Part shown: piece by piece, positions 12,809 to 24,952 of the stretch | Position numbering within the stretch: the first letter of the stretch is position 1 | How the letters are laid out: every line of letters begins with the position of its first letter | Source: the human T2T-CHM13v2.0 reference genome, Homo sapiens | Direction: 5' to 3' (one strand) | Assembly: GCF_009914755.1 (NCBI RefSeq) | Contig: NC_060947.1 | Length of the DNA stretch: 64,000 nt | Position numbers and translations under genes: made by a program | The notes under the pieces: generated by a model | The model's input: the letters and a program-made list of their open reading frames with translations, nothing else | Database searches by the model: none | What the model was told of the DNA's origin: nothing

Positions 12809-15800
12809 TGAGTTTTTGTGTATTTTCAATACAAGTCTTTAATCGATATTTTCTCCAAATCTGTTTATTTTCTTTTCTCTTCATTGTGTATTTCATAGAA
12901 CAGAAGTTTTTAATTATAATGAAATCCAACTTATCAATTTTTTCATTCAAGAATCATGCATTTGATGTTGTATCTAAAAAGTCATCAGCAAACCCATGGT
13001 TATCCAGATATTTTTTCTGTTACTTTTCTAGATACTTTACACTTTTGCACTTTACATTTAGATCTATAATCCATTTTGAGATAATTTTGTGAAAACTAAG
13101 TTCTGTGTCTAACTTTTTTTTTTGCATATGGATATCCAGTTGTTCTAACATCACTTGTCAAAAAGCCTATCCTTTCTCCTTTGAATTGCCTTTGATCCTT
13201 TGTCAAAGATCAGTTGAGTATATTTTTGTAGGTCTATTTCTGAGCTCTCTACTTTGTTCCATTGATCTAGCCATGCATTCTTTTGCCAATACTATAATGC
13301 CTTGATTACTGTGGCTTTATAGTAAGTCCTGAACTTGAGTAGTGTCAGTCCTTTGACTACATTCTTCTTCAGCATTGTGTTGACTATTCTGGGCATTTTG
13401 CCCTCCTATTAAACTTTAGAGTCAGTTTGTCTGTATGTACAACATATTTTGCTGGAATTTTGATTGGGATTGTGTTGAATCTATAGATCAGTTTGGGAAG
13501 AACTGACCTCTTAACAACATTGAGTTTTCCTATCCTCAAACATATAATATGTTGAAGTATTGAAATCTCCTACTATATATAATGAGAGACTTGTCTATTC
13601 CTCTTGGCAGTTCTATCACTTTTGGCCTCCCATATTTTGATGCTTTGTTCTTAGGCACATACATATTCAGGATTGTTTTGTCTTCTTGGAAAACTGTCCC
13701 CTTTGTCATTATGTAATGCCCCTCTTTATCCCTGATAATTTTATTTGCTTTAAAGTCTGCCTTGTCTCATATTAATGTAGCCACTCCAGGTTTATTTTGA
13801 TTAGTGTTAGCATGGTATATCTTTCTCTATACCTTTACTTTTAGTCTATCTGTGTCTTTATATTTAAAGATTTCTTATAGCTAACATATAGTTGGTTCTT
13901 ACTATTTTATACAATTTATAGTCACAGTCTTTTAATTGGTATATAGATTATTTACAGTTAAAGTGATTATTGATATGGTTACATTAATATTGACCATATT
14001 TGTAACTCTATTCATTGCCATTATCTTTTGTTTCTTTTTTTGTCTTCCACCACTTTTCTACATTCCCTGGTTTTAATTGAGCATTTTATATAATTCCATT
14101 TTCTCTTCTTTCTTAGCATATAAATTAGACTTTAAAAAATTTTGTTAGTAGTTGCCTTGGGGTTTGAAATATATATTTACAACTAACCCAAGTATTGGCT
14201 AAAATAACTCTATGCCAAACCTCATGTTATAAGGTACTGTGGGTACCTTATAACAGTATTCTCAATTCCTCCCTCCTGTCCCTTATAACATTGCTCTCAT
14301 TTACTTCACTTATCCATAATCTATAGTCATCCAATATATAGTTGCTGTTATTACTTTAGGAAAATGCTATAAGTCAGATCAATTAGGAAAGGAAAAATAA
14401 AATAATTAACCCTTAATTATTCCTTCACTAATACTCTACCATTCTTTATGAAAATCTGAGTTTCTGACCTATATTATTTTTCTTCTTTCTGAAGAGCTTC
14501 TTTTAACATTTCTTGAAAGGCAAGTCTACTGGCAACAAATTCCCTCGAACTATTTTTGTCTGAGAGAGCTTTTATTTCTTCTTCACTTTTGCAAGACAAT
14601 TTTGCTGAATACAGATATCTAGATTGGAGGAGTTTTGTTTTTTCAGCACTTTAAGTATTTCACTACACTCTTCTTGCTCGTATAGTTTCTGAAGAAAAAG
14701 TTTGATATAATTTACACCTTTTACTTCAATAGTAAGGATTTTTATCCCTCTGGCTTCATTCAACATTTTCTCTGTCTTTCATTTTTGGCACTTTGACTAT
14801 GATATGCTTAGGTGAAGATAATCCTGCTTGGTGGTCTCTTAGTTTCCTGAATGTGCAATTTGGTTTATGTCACTAATTTTAGAAAATTCTCAGCCATTAT
14901 AGCTTCATATATTTCTTTATCCCTTTCTCTCCTTCATCTTTTTCTGGTATTCTCATTTTGTACATGTTACACTTTTTATAATTGCCCCATATCCAGTTGG
15001 ATTTTTTCATTCCTTACTGTCTTTGTTTTTGAGTTTAGGAAGTATCTATTGACAGATGCTTAAGCTCACTAATTCTTTCCTCAGCCGGTTCCAGTCTACT
15101 GATGTGTCCACCAAAGGCATTCTTCATTTTTCTTACAGAGTTTTGATTTCTAGAATTTCCTTTTGATTCTTAGGGTTTTTATCTCTCTACTGAAATTACC
15201 CATTTGTTTTTGCGCGTTGTTTGCTCTTCTGTTAGAACCATTAGCATATTAACTATTGTTATTTTAAATTTCCATTTTAATAATCCCCAGATATCTGCCA
15301 TATCTAAGTCTGGTTCTGATGCTTGGTCCAATTCTTCAGGCTTTTTGTTCTACCTTTTATTTAGTATGTCTTTTAATTTAAAAAAAGTTTCTTTAAAGCC
15401 AGACATGATGTATCAGGAAATGTACTGAGAAAAATAGGTCTTTAGTGTAAGGTTTTATGTTTATCTGGGTAAGAGTTAGGCTATGTTACTGTTTGTCATA
15501 ACTGTAAATGTCAGAGACTAAAATTTCCTCTAGTGTCCTTGTTTTTGTCTTCCACATTGCTTTTGGGTTTCTCCTGAAATTTCTTCTCAAATGCAGCCTA
15601 GATCTTGTAGTTCTATTCAACTATAATCCTCTATTATTATACAAGAGGCTTGTTGAATTCTTATAAGATGTGGCAGAAGAGGAAGCATTTTACATTGCTA
15701 TTAATAAGTCTCCATCATTTACTTGACCAGTGCTTCTGTGCTGTAACCTTCACAAGTGCGTCTCAGCTTTTTCTCTTCCTTATGTGAGAAAGGAAGGCTA

Positions 15801-16064
15801 GACGCGGCTAGAGTTGTGTATTACCCCTCCCCCATTATAAAGGCTAGATGGGGTTACAGATGGGTATTTCCCTTCTTCCACACTGGTTAAGCTCTCATAA
15901 CACCCGCATGGGTTAGGCTTTGATAAAATAGTTTCTCCTTGGGTTAAAAGATTTTGTTTGCAAGCCCCATAGTAATCTCAAGTCTAAAAACCTACAAAAC
16001 ATACACAAAACATAAAAAGCAAGAAATGAAACCATACCACCAGAGAAAATCATCTTCACAAAAA

Positions 16065-16108
16065 GGAAGGAAGGAAGGAAGGAAGGAAGGAAGGAAGGAA
16101 GGAAGGAA
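16065..16108 (+). repeat. (GGAA)11 microsatellite
   Basis: Read directly from the sequence. Confidence 0.95.
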
Positions 16109-19100
16109 AAGAGATCACAAAACAACCAGAAAACAAATACCAAAAGGGCAATAGTAAGTCCATATTTATAAATAATAACACAGAATGTAAATAGACTAAA
16201 CTATCCAAACAAGACATAGAATGGCTGAATGGATTAAAAAAAAAAAAAGACCCACTAATTTGTTGCCTACAAGAAACACACTTCACCTATAAAGACACAC
16301 AAAAACTGAAAATAAAGGGACAGAAAAAGATATTCCACGCCAATAGAAACCACAAAACAGCAGGAGTAGCTAAACTTATATCAGAAAAAATATATTTCAA
16401 TACAAAAACTATGAAAAGAGACAAAGAATGTCATCATATAATGATAAAGGGGTCAACTCAGCAAGAGGCTATAACAATTTTAAATATGTATGCACCTGAC
16501 ACAAAATCACCCAGATATATAAAGCAAATATTGTTATAAATAAAGAGATACACAGACCCCAATACAATAACAGGAAACTTTAACACCCCACTTTCAGCAT
16601 TGCACAGATCTTCCAGACATAAAATCAACAAAGAAACATCAGATTTAATCTGCACTATAGACCAAATGGATCTAATAGAAATTTACAAAACACTTCATCC
16701 AGTGGCTGCAGAATACACATTCTCTCCCTCAGTACATGAATTATTCTCAAGGATAGACCATATGTTAGGTCATAAAACAAGTCTTAAAGCATTCAAAATT
16801 GAAATTATATCAGTTATCTTCTCTTACCACACTGGAATAAAACTAGACATCAATAAGAGGAATTCTGGAAAGTATACAAATGCATGAGGACTTTATAATA
16901 TACTATGGAATGACCAGCGAGTCAATGAAGAAACTAAGAAGGAAAACTTAAAATTTCCTTCTTAATTTTATTGTGACAATGGGAACAAAACATACCAAAA
17001 CCTATGGCATGTAGTGAAAGCAATACCAAGAGGAAAGTTTATAGCGATAAGCTCCTGCATCAAAAAAGAAGAAAAACTTCAAATAAACAACCTAACAATG
17101 CATCTTAAAGAACTAGAAAAGCAAGAGCAAACTAAACCCAAAATCATTAGAATAAAAGAAATAGTAAAAATCAAGCACAAATAAATGAAAGTGAAATAAA
17201 GAAAACAATATAAATGATCAATGAAATGAAAGGTTGGTGTTTTGAAAACATAAATAGAATCAACATACCTTTAGCCCAACTGAGAAAAAAGAAAAAAAAA
17301 ATCCACATAAACAAGATCAAAGACAAAAAAGGAAGCACGGGGCCACAATGCACTGGGACTTGTTCCTTTCCCCCAATGACTCCTGCGGAGGGGGTGAGTT
17401 GAACAGGCAAGGAGCAACCCAATCTCACCACAGGCCTCTGAAATTCTGGCAGGAGGAGACCCCTCAACCACCATGGACACTTGAGTTGGCAGAAAAAGCT
17501 GGCTAGAGAAGTGATAAGGGCAGAACTCCAGCCAGAGTGGAGCCCAGAGGGTTTGCTGTGAGAACACCTATAGTGGAGCATGGCCAGGGATGCCCAATCC
17601 CCTAGGCTCAACTTGCTCCCATAGGAGACTTCAGTCCTAGGAGAACTGTCAGACCTGAACTCTGCAAGGTGGTCCTGCCCAAGAGATGGGGCTGGTCCAA
17701 CCTGAGCACTCCTTGGTCTGCTGGCCTCTCCTAGGGCCGCAGTCTGACCATGCCTTGCTTGCAGTGCAGCCCCAGGTACTTCGTGCACATGACCAGCAGA
17801 GTGCTTCAGCAAAGAGGCCCCTAGGAACATGTACCAACCTGCCTGTGCCCTCCCTGCTCTGCAGCCTCCCCAGTGCTGTTTTGCCTGCAGGCACTCGCCC
17901 ATGGCCACCTCCCACATGTGCCAGCACATTTGTGTGCAGGCAGACCTTGCTTTCCCTTCCCACCCACCCCATGCCCACCAGTGCCCTGCACCTGTGCCAA
18001 CGCTGCTGCCAGTGCAAAACAAGGCATGGGAAACTGTAAACCCACCCACAGAACTGAGCAGCCACTACCACCAATGTGAACAAGCAGAGGGCGCACACAG
18101 TCCTGTGCACACAAGCACCCTTCCCCCATGCTAACACCACCACCAGTGTGAATGCATGCACAGTCACTGGCAGAGGTCCCCCGCCATCCCATCAATATGT
18201 ACTGCTACCACTGTTGCTGCAAATGCTTGCAAAGAAGCCAGCACCCCAGCACCCAATAGCACCCTGCTGCAGCTGACGAGTATGCATGCTGCTATGCTGC
18301 CACTGCTGCTGGTATGTGTGAACGAAGATAAGTCCTGCTGCCATCACTCTATGAAATGTGTTGGCAGGCACCACCAATTGGAAAGTTGTGACCAGCAGTC
18401 TGGGAGCACCTTGATCCCTCCAGCACAGCAATTTCCTAACTTCAAGAAGCCAGAGAACAAAGCTGGGACCCAATACTAGTCCCCCAGAGTTAGAGCATGT
18501 ATTCCAGGAGTCCTAAGCTGAGCCTTGGCCTGCTAAAACCTTCCAGTAATGAAGTCAGTCAAATGAACACTCCTTATACCACAATCAAACACCTAATAGC
18601 ATCAAATAGGGTAAAAGAAAAAAAAATCATCCAAAGAACAGCAACTTAAAAGACTGAAGAATCATCAGCCCACAAAGATGAGAAAGAAACAGCTCAAGAA
18701 CTCTGACAACTGAAAAATCCAAAGTGTCTTCTGTCCTCTAAACTATTACACCAGTTCTCCAGCAAGAGTTCTTAACCAGGCTGAGATGGCTGAAATTACA
18801 GAAATATAATTCAAAATATGGATAGCAACAAAGATCATCAAGAATCAGGAGAATGTTGAAACCCAATCTAAGGAAGATAAGAATCACAAAAATCTATACA
18901 AGAAATGAAGGACAATATAGCCAGTATAGAAGAGAAGGTAACCAACCGACCTGATAAAGCTGAAGATCGCACTACAAGAATTTCATAATGCAATCACAAG
19001 TATTAAAAGCAAAATAAACCAAGCTGAGGAAAGAATTTCAGAGCCTGAAAACTTGCTTTCTGAAATAAGATAGTCAGAAAATAATCTTAAAAACAATGAA

Positions 19101-19980
19101 AAGGAATGAACAAATCTCAGAGAAGTCTGGGATTATGTAAATAGACTGAATGTACAACACATTGGCATCCCTGAAAGAGATGGGGAGAATGGAAGCAACT
19201 TGGAAAACATATCTCAGGATATCATCCATGAGAACTTCCCCAATATAGCTAAAGAGGTTAATGTTCAAAATCAGGAAATGCAGAGAACCCCCACAAAAAA
19301 AAAAACACTTAACAAGATCATCCCCAAGACATCTATTCATCAGCTTCTTCAAGGTCAAAATAAAATAAAAAATATTAAAGGCAGGTTAGAGAGAAAGAAC
19401 AGATCACCTACAAAGGGAAGCCCATCAAACTAATAGTGGACCTCTCAGCAGAAACCCTAAAAGCCAGAAAAGATTGGAGGCCTGTACTCAACATTCTTGA
19501 AGAAAAGAAATTCCAATCAAGAATTTCATATCCAGTCAAACAAAGCTTCATAAGCAAAAGAGAAATAAGAGCCTTCTCAGACAAGCAAATGCTGAGGGAA
19601 TGCATTATCTACCACCACACCTGCCTTACAAGAGCTCATGAAGGAAGCACTAAATGTGGAAAGGAAAGGCCATTACCAGCCAATACAAAAACACACTTAA
19701 GAATGAAAACTAGTGACACTATAAAGCAACCACACAAACAAGTCAACATAATAAACATCTAATAACAGGATGACAGGATCAAATTCACAAATATCAATAA
19801 TAATCTTAAATGTAAACAGGCTAAATGCCCCAATTAAAAGGCACAGGGTGGCAAGCTGGATAAAGAAGCAAGACCCAGTGGTACGCTATCTTCAAGAAAC
19901 CCATGTCACATGCAACAACACACACAGGCTCAAAATAAATGGATGGGGGAAAATCAAACATGCAAATAGAAAACGAAAAA

Positions 19981-21124
19981 TTAGTTGATGCAGTTTCTTC
20001 CTAGCCTTGATGGTCTTTACAATTTGGCATATTTTTGCAGTGGCTGGTACCGGTTGTTCCTTTCCATGTTTAGTGCTTCCTTCAGGAGCTCTTTTAGGGC
20101 AGGCCTGGTGGTGACAAAATCTCTCAGCATTTGCTTGTCTGTAAAGTATTTTATTTCTCCTTCACTTATGAAGCTTAGTTTGGCTGGATATGAAATTCTG
20201 GGTGGAAAATTCTTTTCTTTAAGAATGTTGAATATTGGCCCCCACTCTCTTCTGGCTTGTAGAGTTCCTGCTGAGAGATCTGCTGTTAGTCTGATGGGCT
20301 TCCCTTTGTGGGTAACCCGACCTTTCTCTCTGGCTGCCCTTAACATTTTTTCCTTCATTTCAACTTTGGTGAATCTGACAACTATGTGTCTTGGAGTTGC
20401 TCTTCTCGAGGAGTATCTTTGTGGTGTTCTCTGTATTTCCTGAATCTGAATGTTGGCCTGCCTTGTTAGATTGGGGAAGTTCTCCTGGATAATATCCTGA
20501 AGAGTGTTTTCCAACTTGGTTCCATTCTCCCCATCACTTTCAGGTACACCAATCAGACGTAGATTTGGTCTTTTCACATAGTCCCATATTTCTTGGAGGC
20601 TTTGTTCATTTCTTTTTATTCTTTTTTCTCTAAACTTCCCTTCTCGCTTCATTTCATTCATTTGATCTTCAATCACTGATACCCTTTCTTCCAGTTGATC
20701 GCATCGGCTCCTGAGGCTTCTGCGTTCTTCACGTAGTTCTTGAGCCTTGGCTTTCAGCTCCATCAGCTCCTTTAAGCACTTCTCTGTATTGGTTATTCTA
20801 GTTATACATTCTTCTAAATTTTTTTCAAAGTTTTCAACTTCTTTGCCTTTGGTTTGAATTTCCTCCTGTAGCTCGGAGTAGTTTGATCGTCTGAAGCCTT
20901 CTTCTCTCAACTCGTCGAAGTCATTCTCCATCCAGCTTTGTTCCGTTGCTGGTGAGGAACTGCGTTCCTTTGGAGGAGGAGAGGCGCTCTGCTTTTTAGA
21001 GTTTCCAGTTTTTCTGCTCTGTTTTTTCTCCATCTTTGTGGTTTTATCTACTTTTGGTCTTTGATGCTGGTGATGTACAGATGGGTTTTTGGTGTAGATG
21101 TCCTTCACCACAAAAAAAAAAAAA
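19981..21124 (-). mobile_element. L1PA3-type internal fragment (end of 5' UTR plus complete ORF1), inverted relative to its own poly(A)
   Basis: Antisense L1 at 19981-21105, then CACCAC, then A13 (21112-21124). Candidate TSD AGAAAACGAAAAA (19968-19980) / AGAAAACAATAAA (21124-21136). Confidence 0.9.
20017..21033 (-). CDS. Intact LINE-1 ORF1p (338 aa; coiled coil, RRM and CTD RNA-binding chaperone); expression unknown
   Basis: ATG at 21033, 1017 nt to the stop. MEKKQSRKTGNSK...REKG...ARREW...YPAKLS...HAKL-type C-terminus (here YAKL), with no internal stops. Confidence 0.85.
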   Translation of the reverse strand: MEKKQSRKTGNSKKQSASPPPKERSSSPATEQSWMENDFDELREEGFRRSNYSELQEEIQTKGKEVENFEKNLEECITRITNTEKCLKELMELKAKAQELREERRSLRSRCDQLEERVSVIEDQMNEMKREGKFREKRIKRNEQSLQEIWDYVKRPNLRLIGVPESDGENGTKLENTLQDIIQENFPNLTRQANIQIQEIQRTPQRYSSRRATPRHIVVRFTKVEMKEKMLRAAREKGRVTHKGKPIRLTADLSAGTLQARREWGPIFNILKEKNFPPRISYPAKLSFISEGEIKYFTDKQMLRDFVTTRPALKELLKEALNMERNNRYQPLQKYAKL

Positions 21125-21884
21125 GAAAACAATAAAACAGGGGTTGCTATCCTAATTTCGGACAACACAAATTTTAAACAAACAAATATAAAAAAAAGGC
21201 AATTAAGGACATTACATAAAGGTAAAGGGTTTAATAGAACGAGAAGACTAACTATCCTAAACATATATGTGCCCAACACAGGAGCATGCAGATTCAGAAA
21301 GCAAGTTCTTAGAGACCTTCCATGAGACTTAGACTCCCATGCAATAATAGTGGGAGAATTCAACACCGCACTGACAGTTTTAGACAGATCATCAAGGCAG
21401 AAAAAAATATATATTCAGGACCTGAACTCAATAGTGGACCAAATGGATTTGATAAACATCTACAGAACTCACCATCCAAAAACAACATAACATACATTCT
21501 TCTCATGTGCACATAAAAATGATCTAAAATCAAAAACACAATTAGATGTAAAACAATCATGGGCAAATTCAAAAGAATTAAAATTATACTAACCACTCTA
21601 TCAGACCAAACTGCAATAAAAATAGAATTCAAGATGAAGAAAATTGCTCAAAGCCATACAATTACATAAAAATTAAACAACCTACTCCTGAATGACTTTT
21701 GGGTGAAAGTGAAATTAAGACAGAAATCAAGAAGTTATTTGAAACTAGTGAGAACAAAGATACAACATACAAGAATCTCTGGACACAGCAAAAGCAGTGT
21801 TAAGATGGAAATTTATAGCACTAAACTCCCACATCAAAAACTTAGAAAGATCTCAAATTAACAACCTAACATCACAACCAAAAA

Positions 21885-21916
<32 letters not shown>

Positions 21917-23618
21917 AAGAGCAAACCAGCTCCAAAGCTAGCAGAAGACAAAAAGTAGCCAAAATCAGAGCCGAACTGAAGGAGATCGAGACATAAAAAG
22001 CCATTCAAAAGAGCAACAAAGCCAGGAGCTGGTTTTTTGAAAAAAAAAAACTTACCAAAATAGATAGACCACAAGCTAGAGAATATTAAGAACACTTCTA
22101 TGCACATAAACTAGAAAATCTAAAAGACATGGATAAATTCCTGGACACATACACCCTCCCAAGACTGAAGCAGGAAGAAATTGAATCCCTGAACAGACCA
22201 ATAAAAAATTCTGTAATTGAGGCAATAATAAATAACCTACCAACCAAAAAAGTCCAAGACCAGAAAAATTCACAGCCAAATTCTACCAGATACACAAAGA
22301 AGAGCTGGTACCATTTCTACTGAAGCTATTCCAAAAAAAAAATGAGAAGAGACTCCCCCACTAACTCATTCTATGAGGCCAGCATCATCCTGATACCAAA
22401 ACCTGGCAGAGATACAAAAAAAGAGAAAACTTCAGGACAATATCCTTGATAAACATCAATGCAAAAATCCTCAACAAAATACTAACAAACTGAACCCAGC
22501 AACAAATCAAAAAGCTAATCCACCATGATCAAGTTGGCTTCATCCCCAGGATGCAAGATTGGTTCAACATATGCAAATCAACAAATGTGATTTCTGAGAT
22601 AAACAGAACTAAAGACAAAAACTACATGATTATCTCAACAGACACAGAAAAGGCTTTGATAAAATTCAACATCCCTTCATGTTAAAAACTCTCAACAAAG
22701 TAGGTATTGAATGAACTTACCTCAAAATAATAAGAGCCATATATGACAAACCCACAGCCAATATCATACTGAAAGGGTAAAATCTGGAAGCATTTCCCTT
22801 GAAAACCAACACAAGACAAAGATGCCCTCTCTCACCACTCCTAGTCAACATAATATTGGATTTCCTGACCAGAGGAATCAATCAAGAGAAAGAAATAAAA
22901 GGCATCCAAATAGGAACAGAGGAAGTCAAATTATCCCTGTTTGGAGAGGACATTTTATATCTAGCAAAGCCCATAGTCTCAGCCTAAAAGCTTTCTAAGC
23001 TTATGAACAATTTCAGCAAGGTTTCAGGAAACAAAATCAGTATACAAAAATCACTAGCATTCCTATACACAACAACAGTCAAACTGAGAACCAAATCAGG
23101 AATGCAATCCCATTCACAATTGCCATAAAAAGAATAAAATACCTAGAATACAGCTAACCAGGGAGGTGAAAAATCTCTACAAGGAGAATTACAAAACACT
23201 GCAAAAGAAATCAGACATGAAACAAACAAAAGGAAAAACATTCCATGCTCAGGGATAGAAAGAATCGATATTGTTAAAATGGCCATACTTCTGAAAGCTA
23301 TTTACAGATTCAATACTATTCCTATCAGACTACCAATGACAGTCTTCACAGATCTAGAAAAAAGTATTTTAAAACTCTTATGGAACCAAAAAAGAGCCTG
23401 AATACCCAGAACAATCCTAAGCAAAAAGAACAAAGCAGGAGGCATCATGATGCCTGAGTTCAAACTATACTACAGTAATCAAAATAGCATGGTACTGGTA
23501 CAAAAACAGACACATAGACCAATGGAACAGAATAGAAAGTCCAGAAATAAGGCCATACACCTAAAACCATCTGATCTTTGACAAGGCTAACAAAAATGAG
23601 CAATGGGAAAAGGACTCT

Positions 23619-24676
23619 TGTTGCGGGAAGTCAGGGGCCCCAAACAGAGGGACCAGCTGAAGCCATGGCAGAAGAACATAAATTGTGAAGATTTCATGGA
23701 CATTTATTAGTTCCCCAAATTAATACATTTATAATTTCTTACACCTGTCTTTACTACAATCTCTGAATATAAATTGTAAAGATTTAATGGACATTTATCA
23801 CTTCCCCAATTAATACTGTTGTGATTTCCTATGCCTGTCTTTAATCTCTTAATCCCGTCATCTTTGTAAGCTGAGGATGAATGTCACCTCAGGACCCTGT
23901 GATGATTGCATTAACTGCACAAATTGTTTAAACAATATGAAATCTGGGCACCTTGAAAAAAGAACAGGATAACAGTGATATTCAGGGAACCAGGGAGATA
24001 ACCTTAAAGTCTGGCTGCCTGTGGGCCGGGTGGAACAGAGCCACATTTCTCTTCTTTCAAAAGCAAATAGGAGAAATATCGCTGAATTCTTTTTCTCAGC
24101 AAGGAACAGCCCTGAGAAAGAGAGTGCATTCCTAGGGGTAGGCCTCTGAAACGGCTGCTCTGGGAACGTCTGTCTTTTACGGTTGTGAGTAAGGGATGAA
24201 ATAAGCCCCAGTCTCCCGTAGCGCTCCCAGGCTTATTAGGACGAGGAAATTCCCACTTAATAAATGTTGGTCAGACTGGTTGTCTGCTCTCAAACCCTGT
24301 CTCCTGACAAGATGTTATCAATGACAATGCGTGCCCGAAACTTCATTAGCAACTTTAATTTCACCCCGGTCCTGTGATCTCGCCCTGCCTCCATTTGCCT
24401 TGTGATATTTTATTACCTTGTGAAGCATGTGATCTCTGTGACCCATACCCTATTCGTACACTCCTTCCCCTTTTGAAAATCACTAATAAAAGCTTCCTGG
24501 TTTTGCGGCTTGGGGGACATCACGGAACCTGCCGACATTTGATGTCTCCCCTGGACAACCAGCTTTAAAAATTTCTCTCTTTGTACTCTTTCCCTTTATT
24601 TCTCAGACCAGCCGACACTTAGGGAAAATAGAAAAGGACCCATGTTGAAATATCGGGGGCTGAATTTCCCCTGATA
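23619..24676 (+). mobile_element. MER11 (HERV-K11/HML-8) solo LTR
   Basis: Starts TGTTGCGGGAAGTCAGGG, has the internal repeat ATAAATTGT(G/A)AAGATTT, and ends CCCTGATA. 6-bp TSD GACTCT/GACTCC. The host L1 resumes without loss. Confidence 0.9.
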
Positions 24677-24821
24677 GACTCCCTATTCAATAAATGGTGT
24701 CATGATGAGTGGTAGCCATATGCAGAAGATTTAAACTGAAACCCTATCTTTAACTGCATACAAAAATTAACTCAAGATGGATTAAAGACTTAAATGTAAA
24801 ACGAGAAACTACAAAAACCCT

Positions 24822-24952
24822 GCAGCCCTAGGGGGATGGTGTTAAACCATTAGAACCATAATCCAATCACCTCTCACCAGGCCCCACCTCCAACACTCAG
24901 GATCACAATTCAACATGAGATTTGGGTGGGGACAGAGAGCCAAACCGTATCA
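24822..24952 (-). mobile_element. MST-type MaLR LTR fragment
   Basis: 'ccaggccccacctccaacact..attcaacatgagatttgggtggggacag..agccaaaccgtatca' is the LTR 5' end. The rest is deleted together with adjacent L1 sequence. Confidence 0.75.

Noticed and set aside
17171-18479. Cluster of 100-290 aa ORFs on both strands
   Set aside because: They fall in the GC-rich 5' UTR of the old L1 and show no protein homology I recognise.
20017-21366. 449-aa ORF as a novel protein
   Set aside because: The listed start is GTG in antisense host L1 sequence. The meaningful part is L1 ORF1 from the ATG at 21033.
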